The position numbers and the translations under genes were made by a program. A DNA stretch of 64,000 bases from Octopus sinensis. Lineage: Eukaryota. The notes below the pieces were generated by a model, which did not search any database, was not told the DNA's origin, and saw only the letters and a program-made list of their open reading frames with translations. Below, piece by piece: positions 11,081 to 24,060 of this stretch (within the stretch, counting starts at the first letter, position 1; every line of letters begins with the position of its first letter). Location of the stretch: the NCBI RefSeq assembly GCF_006345805.1, contig NC_043003.1, positions 71,610,001 to 71,674,000 on the forward strand. Reading direction: 5' to 3'.

Positions 11081-12779
11081 ACATAGAGCAAATTAGAAAA
11101 CGTGACCGCCAAGTTTGCAGTCATGAATGTTACCCATATGGCTGTGATACTTTATGAATGAAAATGAGAAAACTTTTCAAGCACTGCAGAGTAGCAGGAA
11201 ATAATGATTGTGCCAAGTTTACATGGGGAACTCACTTGATATAAATAAGAGTTAATTCCCAAGCTGTACATAATTTATTATATATCTATTATTCCTAGTC
11301 AATCAATGAAATCATAGAATCATAGGATGGGAAGCAGAATTGATTATCTTCATAAAAAAAAACCCCAAAAAAAAAAACAGAAAAAGAAAGAAACTTTGGT
11401 GTTTCCTTGCTTTTACAACTTTGCTAATGTTCTCCAAATATGCAATGTCAATCGCATTCATTTAACATTTGCAACAATACCATAGAATGCTATATCTAGT
11501 TTTCATACATACTTTACAAATAGGTTTTCTGAGATAATTAACAATGTGTTAATATCTTAAAATTTTAAAAATATCGAAGATAATCATATATGTGTGTGTT
11601 ACCTGTTTTAGGATATATAATGCTGTGCTGTCTATTAAGGAGTGGTGAGTGGGATACATTCCAAAATCTGGGTATCCTGTTCGGAGTTAGTTTGTTATTT
11701 CAGGTTTGAGCAGTTATTGATCTTATACATGGTAATCATGTGCAGCACACAATATTGCTCACACATATTGGGTCAATACAGGTGGCAAACAGACAAACAT
11801 TTTCGATACAGTCAAAGAAGTAAAGCTTCGTACAGCACACTAGAGCCACTAGCCCAACAATGTTCCATTTCTCTCTTTCTCTCTCAATCTTCTGCTACAA
11901 CTACAATATTAGCAAACCACCGTCCTTTTCAATATATCTTAACTCTCGGTCAATGAACTGGACAATCTTTCCAAACAAGAACTACAACTCTCTGGTACTC
12001 TCTATTTACCCAGCTTTTCCTACCAAACTTTTATCATCCTGAATCTAACCTGCACCTGTCCAACAACATTAGTCAGAAACATGGAAACAAAGGTTTGAGG
12101 AACTCATACATGTGTGTTCAAATATGAAAAAGAAACATGTTTAAAGTAAACTCTCTACATCAGAGATAGTGCATACAACATTCAGATTTTAATAACAAAA
12201 AGACAAGCAAAACATTTTTTTGTCTACTGAATTAATAATCTACTTAACCTAAGCAGCTATAGCTATGCAGTTAAAAGGTTTTGCTCAGCCATGTGGTTCC
12301 AAAATCTGTCTGCCATATTTCACTCACAGGAATTTGTAGAAATTATGTAGGAGCATGTTATATGAGTGTGTGTGTGTGTCTTTTGCAATATTTGTTCTGC
12401 ACCAAGTCACAAACACTCCCTTATCATTGTTGCTGTCAGAAATGCTGTGAACCAGTGATTGGTCCATTGGAAACTTATATCTGATGGTACTATTGTCTAC
12501 CAAATGTGATACAAAAACAAAATTAGGTAAACAACAATACTAAAGGTTTATCTTTATAATAGTGGTGTTGTTGGTGATGGTTCATCAAACAATGAAAAAA
12601 GATTGACAACAGAGATTACTTGAACCAGAGAAAATGAGGTAAAAAATTTCTAGAACCAGTTGAAAGGAGAATGTATGATTACAACATAATTAATTTTATT
12701 AAAACGGTAAAAGCAGAAAAATTAGGGATTAAAAAAACATTTTTTGAAGAAGTGGTATTTGGTTCCAATATCATGGGGG

Positions 12780-12950
12780 TGAGGGATTTTTCTTATTAGG
12801 CAGGGCATAAATCCCTTTCTTATAGGGAACTATCCCAGATAATTATGTGGCTATTTCTAACAGATATGTAAACTGCTGAAATGTAAATGTCTACAGAAGA
12901 TCTGACCTCATGATCTATGATCAGGTTGTTCAATACATTAGCCATACTGC
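12780..12950 (-). mobile_element. Degenerate tRNA-like SINE head
   Basis: Minus strand ggcagtatggctaatgtattg...gaggtcagatc resembles A/B boxes. Confidence 0.35.
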
Positions 12951-13964
12951 CATTTTACCTTCTCAACTCTTAAAGTACATAAATGAATAAAAATGATAGT
13001 GTACATTGTAGTGGAAGCTAGGAATATGAGAGACCATATCAAGTAACCTTATTTGTCACCCATTCAGTAAATCTATCAAACATTAACAACATGAAACAAG
13101 ATGTCATCAATACTTATCATCTTCCCCTTTAAAATTAACTTCTATATGACATCCATGAAATATTGCTTGTAACATCACATTGTAAATACATAGTCTCAAT
13201 AAAGCTAAAAAATGTTAGCCTTTAAATAGGTTTAACTAACAACTATAGCAATTGAAATATACCCATTTAAGAGGTATTCAATTTCAAATCAATACCAATG
13301 GGTCCAATAGCATGTTATGCCATAGGCAAACTTTGAACTGAAGTGATATATTTTGAGTGGGGAGAGAGAGGGGGGAAGGAGAGAGAGAGAGAGATCCTAT
13401 ATATCTAAGTAAGAGTAATAGGAGCATTTGAATTCAGTATTGCAAGCTAATAAAACATGCTACATCTAGCGATGACTAATATTAGCCTTTTAAATACCTT
13501 TTCAATAAAGTGGACTAACCCATTTGACAGTCATGTACCAATGCAAGGGACAGCATTGCAATACCTGTGACAGTAGTGGAGCACCTGTAACAGTATTCAT
13601 AGTTTATCACCTTGGTCATGTGTTTATTAATAGCACTGTTGCATTATTGAAGACAATGTCTTTGAATTTGCATCAGTCATATTCCTGGCAATATGAACTG
13701 TTAATTGTTCTCCTATCAGCAAATTATCTACAGTTGGGCTTTCACTATGTGAAAAGGTATTACAAGTGCAAGAAGTCAACTGGTACAGCCTACAAACTTT
13801 AGAGTGCTGCTATTTAACATTAGATATATTAATTAAATTACAATTAAATTGAAAATTTAGGATACCATATTTATTGAGGAGTTTAAAGTTGTTATTAAAA
13901 TCAAGTTTTCAAATTTACTTTATCTAATTTTAATTAATCTAATTGTTTTTAAGTGCTTCATAAC

Positions 13965-14220
13965 AATTAAATGTACTCAATGCGTTTTCTTGTAATTTGA
14001 AGTTACACTTAATAAATGTACCTCAGTGAGTGTACCTAAGTGAATGTACACTAAATTAGTGTATACTTAATGAGTGCACCTCAATAAATGTTTCTAAATG
14101 AATGTACTTTAATGAGTATACCTAATGAGTGTACCTCAATGAGTATGCCTTAATGAGTGTAACTGTTGAATATACTTTTATCAGTGTGCTATAATGAGTG
14201 TATTTTAATTACTGTACCAA
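13965..14220. repeat. Degenerate ~15-bp minisatellite
   Basis: Units resembling aatgagtgtacct(c/t), more than a dozen copies. Confidence 0.8.
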
Positions 14221-15359
14221 AATATGATAAGCAAATTTGGCTAATCAGAAACATTTTTATATCTTTAGTAAAAGATATATATATAAAAAAAAAAAATGAA
14301 AATATGTAAAATTAATTTTAAGAAAAAATGTTCGAAAATTTATTTGAGATGAAGCAGATCATGAAATCATTAGAAATTCTTTAATGAGAATTCGGATATT
14401 CTAACTTTACCTTCCATCAACTTTGAGAAATTATTAATTTTTATTATTTTCCCTTTTAGTTTAGAAATTTTAACTATGTGTTTTTTATCTGCAATTTGTT
14501 AGAAAATTTTTGGAAAGTTTATGAGTAGATGAAACACACACACACATACATGCATGCATGCACGTGTGCACACAGACACACACACAAATTCTGATATTTT
14601 AAACATGATCAATCATTCAAAGTTTCTTATATCATTGAATATAGGTACAAACTTCTATTAATGAGAAAGCTGATCATCACAAATGATAAAAATGGCTGTT
14701 TCAAAACATTAGCAATTATCTACAGTCAACCACTCTATAACAGTTCCATACTTAATAGATATATATAACCCTCAAATTACAATTAACACAGTTAATACAT
14801 GTTGAAATAGGATAAATAAAATGAAAAATATTTAGGAAGATAAGATACCTTGTTCTTTCTAAACCTTTTAAATATCATTAAAGCCAGCAGAAAAAGTTAA
14901 AACAAGTAGAAAAAAATTACTATAAAGTGCATTTTCAGGGGGACTGCACAAGGAATAAATTATTTTTGGAAAATATATCAAATATCAAGTATGAAATATA
15001 TATATGAATCTCATGGTTTACAATTGTCTGTTGTGGTCAAGAGATAGAACAGCAAAAATATGAAGTGAAAATCAGGAAATAAAACTGTAACCGAGTAAAT
15101 GAGTGTTTAAAGATGAAATGAAAGTTGAATACTTTGTCTTGTATAGAGCAATCGATTTTCAACAGATCCCACTACAGCACATGAATTTTAAAACATATAT
15201 TCGCTTTAACAATAGCAATACTTGTGAGTTGTTTTTGTAGAAATAAACAGGAAATTTAACAAGGTAAAAGTTTCCAATCATTTAATATAATAGGTATAGT
15301 AATTCAATGTTTTAATAAAGAATACTACCACTACTACTACTAATAATAATAATAAAAAT

Positions 15360-15720
15360 AATGGCATCAAATTTTGACATGAGGTCAGCAATTTTAGGGA
15401 AAAGCACAAGTCGATATTTATTTCTTTACTACCCGCAAGGGGCTAAACACAGAGGGGACAAACAAGGACAAACAAAGGGATTAAGTCGATTACATCGACC
15501 CCAGTGCGTAACTGGTACTTAATTTATCGACCCCGAAAGGATGAAAGGTGAAGTCGATATTATCAACCTCACTGCTTGACAGATACTTATTTTATCAACT
15601 CTGAAAGGATGAAAGGTAAAGTTGACCTCAGCAGCATTTGAACACAGAACATAAAGCCGGAAGAAATTCTACCAAGTATTCTGTCCTGCATGCTAATGAT
15701 TCTGCCAGCTCACCACCCTA
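15360..15720 (-). mobile_element. SINE family A (old copy) with a younger family-A fragment nested at ~15419-15550
   Basis: Head ggtgagctggcagaatcattagc and central ctttcatcctttcggggtcgataaattaagtaccag domain; aagtcgatatt is repeated at 15408 and 15551. Confidence 0.85.
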
Positions 15721-16139
15721 ATAGTAGTAGTGGTTACAATAATAACAACAACAATAATAGTATATATATATATATATATACAATAAATATATATATATAT
15801 TTCTGCATAAGAAAACACTATAAATTATATGAATAATAGTTTAGAATAATTTAAAATACTTTTTTTTTTTTCATATATATGTTTCATCATATTCCAATTT
15901 AAAATTAATCTCTGTACATTTCATTCAAATAGTTTTTAAACTGCAAACTTGATATGATTTTAAGATATTTTTTCTTCACATTTTACAAATTAGAATGTCA
16001 AAACCATCAAAGTTAAATAATTTTGCAGCAAATACATTTTTTTATATACAATCCTATTTTTAAAAAAACTCATTAAAATGATAAAATACAAAGACAAAAA
16101 ATACACATAAAATCATGAGCAGGATGAATATTAGTGAAG

Positions 16140-16184
<45 letters not shown>

Positions 16185-16321
16185 TATATATATATACACA
16201 TATAAATATATATATATATACAGTGAAATAATTAACTGATGCATAGTGAAAGGAGGGAATTGGTAAAAATTACAAGCGTGATGTAAAGAAAAGTAGAGGT
16301 AGACAAGTTAAAGAATCTTAC

Positions 16322-16488
16322 CTTGGTCTTCTTATAACATACTCACAAACCTCATTGGGAGCTGTCATAGTAATGGAACTATCTCTACGTTCACATACCC
16401 CCTTGCACCAAAGTGCAGCCCGACCTCTCAGGCAGGAAATAGCGACGTGGGGCAGCGTGGTGACCACAACAACAAGTAGTGATAATAA
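16322..16488 (-). CDS. Candidate host coding exon (unidentified)
   Basis: 55 open codons (LLSLLVVVVTTLPHVAISCLRGRAALWCKGVCERRDSSITMTAPNEVCEYVIRRP) ending at a strong donor AAG|GTAAGA; non-repetitive, GC-richer context. In-frame ATG only at 16368. Confidence 0.25.
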
Positions 16489-17084
16489 TTATATTTAGCA
16501 TAAAAAACAAAGAAACCATCTGCTGCAACAAGGGGTGATGGAATAATATTGGTAGTTGTTGATAAGTATCCTGTTGGACTTTTGGTCAGACAAATGACCA
16601 CTAAGCATAACAGCGGAGATTTTTGTAGTTGTTGGACAGCAGTAATCAACAGCGACAATGATCAGTAAAGATGTAAACTAACAGGCACGTACAGCAACCA
16701 CCACCATCACAATGACAATAACAACCACAGTTCATGCAGTTTAGGTACTTAATCTTCGCGGCGACCATCTGATAAACCTATAGCTGAATTATATAACATC
16801 ATTCACATACAGGCCTTTGTAAACTAAGCACACACACACACACAAGCACACATGCAGCTTGCATATAGCTAGCAAAGACACTGCAATACATGCAGTGTCA
16901 CATTTGAGTCATAGCCTCCTGATAGCAACAGCAACAACAACAAGAAAAGTTAACTAGTCAAGTAAATCTGATTTCTCCCATCCATCTTGTTGTGTTCAAT
17001 GTAAAACTAGATGTTGCATGCCAGGGAGGAACCCAAAGACGTATATAGCAAGCACTGAGTTGGAAAGGAGATGTAACATCAGCA

Positions 17085-17142
17085 TCAGCAATAGTAACAA
17101 TTGCAGCAGCAACAGCAGCAGCAGCTGCTGCTGCTGCTGCCA
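17085..17142. repeat. (GCA)n/(GCT)n trinucleotide tract
   Basis: gcagcagcaacagcagcagcagctgctgctgctgctgc. Confidence 0.8.
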
Positions 17143-18494
17143 CAGGTAGTGTTGACTCCCTTTATTGACTAGATTTTCACTTGTGTCTTATGAAGCAGTT
17201 TTATCACAAGTGAGAACATTTGGTTGAGTGAGAGAAAAAAGCCCCGGCAACTATCTCAGTCCAAACTCACAGCAGCACATATACAGGATTGTACATTTTA
17301 TACACACACCTATAATATATACACATGCATATACATACATTTATACACAAATATACACACTCATCTAAAAAGAAACACACACACACACACATATGTATAT
17401 ATGCATCTATGATTGTACATATATCCATGTGTGTGTGTGTGTGTGTGTGTGTTCACACATGTGTGTTTGTGTGAGTGTGTGTGTTTGTGTGTGTGTGTGT
17501 GCGAGTGTGAGTGTGCATGTGTTTATCTGTTTGTCTGTATGCATATATGTATGTATACACATATACATACATAAATACGGACACATTAAATAGGGCTCTA
17601 GTAAAATAAATTACAAATCTGAAATTATCCGACTTAATAAGGATGAAAATTTAATTTTGAATTAATGCTTAACATCCTTAATTAAAATATGTAATTAAAG
17701 ATGATGTGAGACACAATGCAAAATTGGAAGAAATATTTCTTTAAGAAATGCAGACAATTAATTAGGGGACGACTTTACTTGTCCTTCAGATAGGTAGGTA
17801 GCAGATGTCAGTGTCTGGAAAATTGATAATGTACAGACAATCACCACTGATAGAAATAAACCTCCAACTAGCAGCAGCAACAACAGCAGCAGCAAGTCTG
17901 TCACTGTTTAATATCCCCCACTGTGTTTTGTAGCTTGGCTATTTTTAGAAAATTCTGCTTTAAGAACAAATATATTTTTTAACAGGTTTCTAAACTCGGT
18001 CCTTTCTAATTCTTAGCAGACATGAGAACCACTGTGTTATATCTATAGTAATAATTAGTTAATATGTAAATATATGAAAACCTTGAAAATTTTATCATAG
18101 CTTTTTTGGGGGGTGGGGGGAATGTACAAAATGAACTAAAGTCCAACTTTAGTCATATTTAATTTAACTACCAATACAAGAATGATTAATCAAAATTAAA
18201 ATAATAATAAAAATTACATTGTGGAACTGTCATTTTGGTCTAATATGCACAAAAAATCTTTAAAAGAAATCACTTTATGTATATTTCTTGAGTTATTAAA
18301 ATCTTCGTAGCATAATGACCTGGACACGAGACAGTTCCAAAAGACCTGCAGTGTAACTGTTTCAGTGACCAGGTCAAGTATGTGTGGCTGAAACGTATCC
18401 ATATTATAAAATTAAAAAAAAATACCTTCATGCACTTTTGTGCTTTCTTAGATAAGTAGAATGGCTCTTCCACAAGGTAAATGCTTCAGTTTTA

Positions 18495-18850
18495 ATAGGT
18501 ATGGCTTTGTGGTTAAGAAGTTAATATTGCAACCATGTGGTTTTGGGTTCAGTCTCACAACATGACACCTGGAGCAAGTGTCTTCTATAGCTCCAGGCCA
18601 ACCAATGCTTTGTGAATTCATTTGGTAGAAGGAAACTCTGTGTGTGTGTGTATGTGTATGTTTGATGTGTCTTTGTGTTTGAGCCATCCTGCTTTAGCAA
18701 ACTTAGTGGTTGAACAAAAGAGATCAATAGAATAAGTACCAGACATAGAAAATAAGAACTGGGGTTGATTTGTTCAACTAAAACTCTTCAGAGTGGTGCC
18801 CAAGTATGGTCATAGGCCAATGAATAAAACAAGAAAAAAAAGACAAAAAG
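18495..18850 (+). mobile_element. SINE family B (degenerate)
   Basis: gggttcagtc B-box, gcaagtgtcttctatagc, aataagtacc, degenerate tail. Confidence 0.8.
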
Positions 18851-18914
18851 AGAAAGATACTGTCCCAGGTCAAATCACTTGCAAAGCAAATACGACTCTG
18901 AATAATATTAATAA

Positions 18915-19125
18915 TAATTCTGTCCACTATAGGTTCAAGGCCAGCAATTTTGAAAGGAGGGGGAAGTGAATTACATCGACCCCAGAGCTCAACAAGTTTT
19001 TATTTTATGACCCCCTAGCAAAGATGACCTCAGTATCATCTGAACTCAGGATGTAAAGAGACAGAAGAAATGCTGTTAAGCATTTTGTTTGACGTGCTAA
19101 CAATTCCATCAGCTTGCCACCTGAT
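18915..19125 (-). mobile_element. SINE family A
   Basis: Head ggtggcaagctgatggaattgttagc; gggtcgatgtaa. Confidence 0.75.
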
Positions 19126-19151
19126 GATGGTGATGATGATAATAATAATAA

Positions 19152-19533
19152 TAAAGTAAATATAAAGACCTGCTAATGGAAATTGAAAAGATGTGGCATC
19201 TCAAGGCGACTACAGTACCAGAGATTGTAGGATCTCTAGGAATGATAAAAAAAGGCACTGAAACCTATTTGAAAATGATTCCAGGCTTACCATCCCTACA
19301 GGAAGTGCAAAAAATCGTATTAACTGGAACGGCTCATGTACTGAGAAGAGCACTATTGCTGTGAAAATAACATCCATCCATGAATTTATTTATTTATTAA
19401 TTTTTAAATACATATGTTATCTGTGAATTTGCACGTGTAATCTGGGAATGCATACAATGCCCTTCTCTGCCCTAGGTGTATGGAAAACACTCGGCGAGAA
19501 ACGGAAGAAAATTTGAAGAAAGAAGGAAAAAAC
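19152..19533 (+). mobile_element. R4/Dong-clade non-LTR 3' fragment embedded in (AAT)n
   Basis: SKYKDLLMEIEKMWHLKATTVPEIVGSLG...EVQKIVLTGTAHVLRRAL* is an RLE-domain C-terminus; (AAT)n on both sides. Confidence 0.8.
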
Positions 19534-19554
19534 AATAATAATAATAATAATAAT

Positions 19555-19810
19555 AATGGTTTCAAGTTTTGGCACAAGGCCAGCAATTTTGGGGAAGGGG
19601 GTTATATGATTATATATAGAGTGCTAACAACTCTGCTAGCTTGCCACCTGAAATAATAATAATCCTTTCTACTATAGGTATAAGGTGGTTAGTTGATTTC
19701 ATCAACTCCAGTGCTCAACTGGTATTTATTTCATCAACCCTGGAAGGGTGAAAGACAAAGTTGACCTCAGCAGAGTTGGAACTCAGAACATAAAATTGGA
19801 AGAAACAGAA
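19555..19810 (-). mobile_element. SINE family A fragments
   Basis: ggcacaaggccagcaattttgggg; ctggtatttatttcatcaaccc; gttgacctcagc. Confidence 0.7.
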
Positions 19811-20439
19811 GTAATATTACTATTGAAAAAATAATCTTAATTTGGATACTGCATTATTTACTTGTGGTGTATGAGTCCTTATGAGAGACTCCCTGAAGGT
19901 AGATAATGTAGTATTCACTGTTCTAACACAACCCCCAAGTTAAGAAGCATAATAATCTTCATTGTGTTAGTTTTAGTTGTGCTCCTGAATCATCAATATC
20001 AATTTCTTGTATCTGTAATTCCAGTAAAAAGCAAAACCCACAGTCAGACTTTTATTAATGCTTCTTTTAGAATAATCTAACTCTGTACATTAAAATTTTC
20101 ATTAAGGTTGTTTTTAATCTCAGGTTTACAGCAATATTTGTTCAAGTATCTTATATGTCAAAGAAAATTAAACACAAAAAGTTTGTGTTGCATTTGGAAT
20201 AATTTCCATTATAAGAAACTACACATAGCAACCTATATTTTACTAATATTATCTATCTCAGATAATTAGTACTAAATGGTCATGTTTAATCTGGCATAAA
20301 TTAAAAACCAAAACTTAAAAATTCAGGAAGGAAATAATTAGAATAATTACTTCTCTAGGAAGTTCTGCTGAAATTGTAGTATAAACAACTTTAATTTGTA
20401 TTCACTTTTCTTTTTTGATCAGACTATCAGATGTCCTGA

Positions 20440-20720
20440 TACACAGCTGGTCATCTTGTATGTCTATTCTTCCCTTGATTGCACCCATCCAGTCTATTTA
20501 GACCCAAATTATTTAACTATTTCATTTTCCCATTGTCTTAGAGGTCTTCCAAGTGGTCCCTTCTAATCTGCTGGGTACCATTCAACAATTGCATGAGTCT
20601 GTATGTTGAATGCAAACTTTGCAACATGTCCATTTCAGTGGAACTTGTGCTTTCACTATTCCATAATTATGCCATTCATTCTACTCTGTTCTCAAATTAC
20701 TAGCTTTGGACATGCAAATC
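20440..20720 (-). mobile_element. RTE-clade LINE ORF C-terminal fragment
   Basis: Minus strand KHKFH*NGHVAKF..QTHAIVEWYP...PLGRPLRQW. Confidence 0.6.
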
Positions 20721-20914
20721 AGAGGAGTGTTAATAGCTCACCACTTACATAGTTGCTACATTTCTAGTCAATAATAATCACCACTATCATTTTAATGTCC
20801 AATATTCCATGCTTGCATGGGTCAGAAGAAATTTATTAAAGCAGATATTCTACAGTCAGACAACATTCCTGTCAGTAAATCTCACTTATTATCGGGTAAG
20901 ATAATACTTCCTCA

Positions 20915-21380
20915 TTCCGTACCAGTGGCACATAAAAGGGCACCATTTGAGTGTGATCATTACCAGCGTCGCCTTACTGGCACTTGTGCCTGTGCTAGTA
21001 GGGTGCCAAGAGCACCATCCGAGCATGATTGTTGCCAGAGCAGCCAACTAGCTCTGTGCCGGTGGCATGTGAAAGGGCACCATTCGAGCGTGATCATTAC
21101 CAACGTCATCTTACTGGCACCTGTGCCGGTGGCATGTGTAAAAAGATTCAAGCAAGGTCATTGCCAGTACCGCCTGACTGGCCCCATGTCACTGGCACAT
21201 AAAAAGCACCTACTACACTCTCGGAGTGGTTGGCGTTAGGAAGGGCATCCAGCTGTAGAAACTCTGCCAGATCAAGATTGGAGCCTGGTGCAGCCGTCTG
21301 GTTCGCCAGCCCTCAGTCAAAATCGTCCAACTCATGCTAGCATGGAAAGCGGAGGTTAAACGATGATGATGATGATGATG
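20915..21380 (+). mobile_element. RTE LINE 3' UTR (or RTE-tailed SINE) with internal tandem subrepeats and (GAT)n tail
   Basis: ggcgttaggaagggcatccagctgtagaaac...gttaaacgatgatgat; the same 3' end follows RTE coding sequence at 40222-40965. Confidence 0.8.
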
Positions 21381-21856
21381 ATTCCTGGACATATTTTCAC
21401 AGAAAAGAAACTGGAAATAAAGGACACTGTTTGTATTACAGTGATGCTTGTTTGCAGCTATCATGCAATGTCATGACAAGAAGACACAAAGAAGCACTCC
21501 ACCCCATATATAATTACATATATATATGCAGCATGGAATTTTGTTAGTGAACAGGTCACAGTCTCAAAGTGACGAAAATATTTTGGCAAATTAAATTTAA
21601 ATGTTGAAGTGAATCTAACAGTTTTTCTGTGTTTTTAAATGGCTTATAAACACCTTCCATGCTGTAATTGTTTTCGTTTCAGCACACAATCTCAGATCAG
21701 GTCACTTGCTTTGCAGGATGAATTACTTTTTGTTTACCGTTAACATGGAAAATTCAATAAACAGTTACCAGGGTTGCAAAATTCATGCAAATAACAAGGA
21801 TGAAGCGACCTATTCAAAGGTAGAAACTCCAGGTTAATATGCAGTAATTTGTGTAG

Positions 21857-22117
21857 TATAAGTAAATAAATGGAGTTGGACGCAGATGCTATTCAAATTC
21901 TTTTACTTTCGACATATGTTTCGAAGACAACATTATGCAGTCATTGTAATTGTTATAATGTCTTGATGTTGAGATAGGCTCTCTTTCTTTCCTGATAAAA
22001 AGATTACATTTTACACCGTTTATTCCTTTGGAATAAAACCAATGTTGTCTTCGAAACATATGTCGAAGTAAAAGAATTTGAATAGCATCTGCGTTCAACT
22101 CCATTTATTTACTTATA
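21857..22117. repeat. Fold-back unit, ~77-bp near-perfect inverted arms with a decayed hammerhead in the right half
   Basis: 21857-21934 is the reverse complement of 22041-22117; CTGATAA (21992)...gtcttc GAAACATATGTC. Confidence 0.85.
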
Positions 22118-22131
22118 TATATATATATATG

Positions 22132-22512
22132 CTCTTTACTTTTTTACTTGTTTCAGTCATTTTGACTGTGGCCATGCTGGAGCACCACTTTTAGTCAAAC
22201 GAATTGACCCCAGAACTTATTCTTTGTATAAATTTAGTACTTATTCTATCGTTTACTTTTGCCGGACTGCTAAGTATTGGGGACAAAAACACACCAACAT
22301 CGGTTCTCAAGTAATGGTGGAGGGACACACAAATACATGCACACAAACACACATACGGTGGGCTTCTTTCAGTTTCTGTTTATTAAATCCACTCACAAGG
22401 CTTAGGTTGTTCTGAGGCTATAGTAGAAGACACCACACGGTGGGACTGGACTCGGAACCATGTAGTATGTGGTTGGGAAGCAAGCTTCTTACCACACAGC
22501 CACTTCTGTGCC
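22132..22512 (-). mobile_element. SINE family B
   Basis: Full head-to-tail match; tail ggtgctccagcatggccacagtcaaaatgactgaaac. Confidence 0.88.
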
Positions 22513-22589
22513 TTATATATATATATATATATATAATTATTTATTTATTCAACCAAGCAAATATGTTTATTTCTTAATAATGGGCTTCT

Positions 22590-22800
22590 TTGAAGGCAGC
22601 GAGCTGGCAGAATTGTTAGCATGCCAAGTGAAATGTTTAGCAGTATTTAATCTGTCTTTATGTTCTGAGTTCAAATTCTGTCGAGGTCAACTTTGCTTTT
22701 ATCTTTTTTGGGTTTGATAAAATAAGTACCAGCTGACCACTAGGGTCATTGCAATCAACTTTCTCCCCTAAAATTACTGGCCTTGTGCCAAAATTTTAAA
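22590..22800 (+). mobile_element. SINE family A
   Basis: aaggcagcgagctggcagaattgttagc...gagttcaaattc...aaataagtaccag...ggccttgtgcc. Confidence 0.85.
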
Positions 22801-22984
22801 TTAACATTGTGCTTCTTTCAGTTCCTGTTTACCAAATCTACTGACAAGTCTATAGAAGACATATACTTAAGGTGTTATGCAGTGGGACTGAATCCAAACC
22901 GATATAGTTGGGGAGTGAAATTCTTAACTCTACAGCTAAATAAGAAATCAGCTGAAATAGATTTGATTTGAGTATTTATGTATT

Positions 22985-23480
22985 GTATATCCCAAGTGGT
23001 GCATCCAACACTACTTCTTTCCTACAACACCTTGATTTTATTTGATGCAATCTAGAACACCACATTGCCTCTAGTTCTCACACTATAGAACCTTTGTAAA
23101 TTGTTTTACTTTTTGCTTCATTCCTTGCTAAAGAGACATGTTGCCTAGTTTCTCTTCTAGCAACCTAGTGTAATTTTCTATTACCTGCAGTTTTCCAATG
23201 CTTCCAAGTCTGTATCTTTGCTTTTATGGCCCTGTCTACCTCACTGTTCCACCACCACATTACCCTTGCTTTGGCTGATATTTTGCACCAGCTATAGTTC
23301 TAGTCTGTAATTTATCCCATAAGACCTTCCAGCTGTCCTTTAATTATACATCTGTATCTCCTTGTCCTCCTCATCAAATGCTTTAATTAGAACTTCTTTA
23401 AATCTGACTATTCATTTTCCAGACTGGTTTATATTTCTGAGTCCTTCCAGCACTAAACCTGAAATCACAAACTACCAATC
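22985..23480 (-). mobile_element. RTE LINE ORF2 linker fragment
   Basis: Minus strand NSEVDRAIKAK.QTWKHWK..G.RK...VARRETRQHV.LARNEA. Confidence 0.6.
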
Positions 23481-23823
23481 TATACAGGGGTGTACATTAT
23501 TTACTAAGGAAGAACTTTGCATTTACAGCCATTGATCTTTCCTACTTTTTGGTGAGAATGTACTCAATCTTGCTCATGTGCCCACCAGAATTCCAGGAAG
23601 CCAACCAGGTTTCCATAGCCTTCATCATTATTCTAATCTAATGCCATTTCAAAGGTGTATGTTAATTTTAGAATCTAAATATTTTTATATGATTGATGAT
23701 GACATACACACACTCTGTGTATATATATATGTGTGTGTGTGTATAATGGATGATAAAACAAATGGTTTACACTCGGTAGCTTACTGGTAAAGCACGGTCA
23801 CTTTCAGAGTAATCGTTAGGTAA

Positions 23824-23995
23824 ATAACAAATGAAAGACAGAGGATGGAATATAAGAGAATATATTATTCATCACAACAATTGTTAAGCCTTGTATTTAT
23901 TCTTTCAGTCTCTTATGCTGAACCACTAAGTTATGGGGACATAAACACATGAACACCAGTTTTCAAGTAGTGAGAAGAGACAAATACACACACAC

Positions 23996-24060
<65 letters not shown>

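Noticed and set aside
11642-11956. Possible GIY-YIG remnant
   Set aside because: Only a faint C..C..IG similarity; not enough to call.
16958-17143. Poly-Ala ORF as a transcription-factor exon
   Set aside because: Starts at a non-ATG codon in a GCA tract; the remainder has no recognisable domain.
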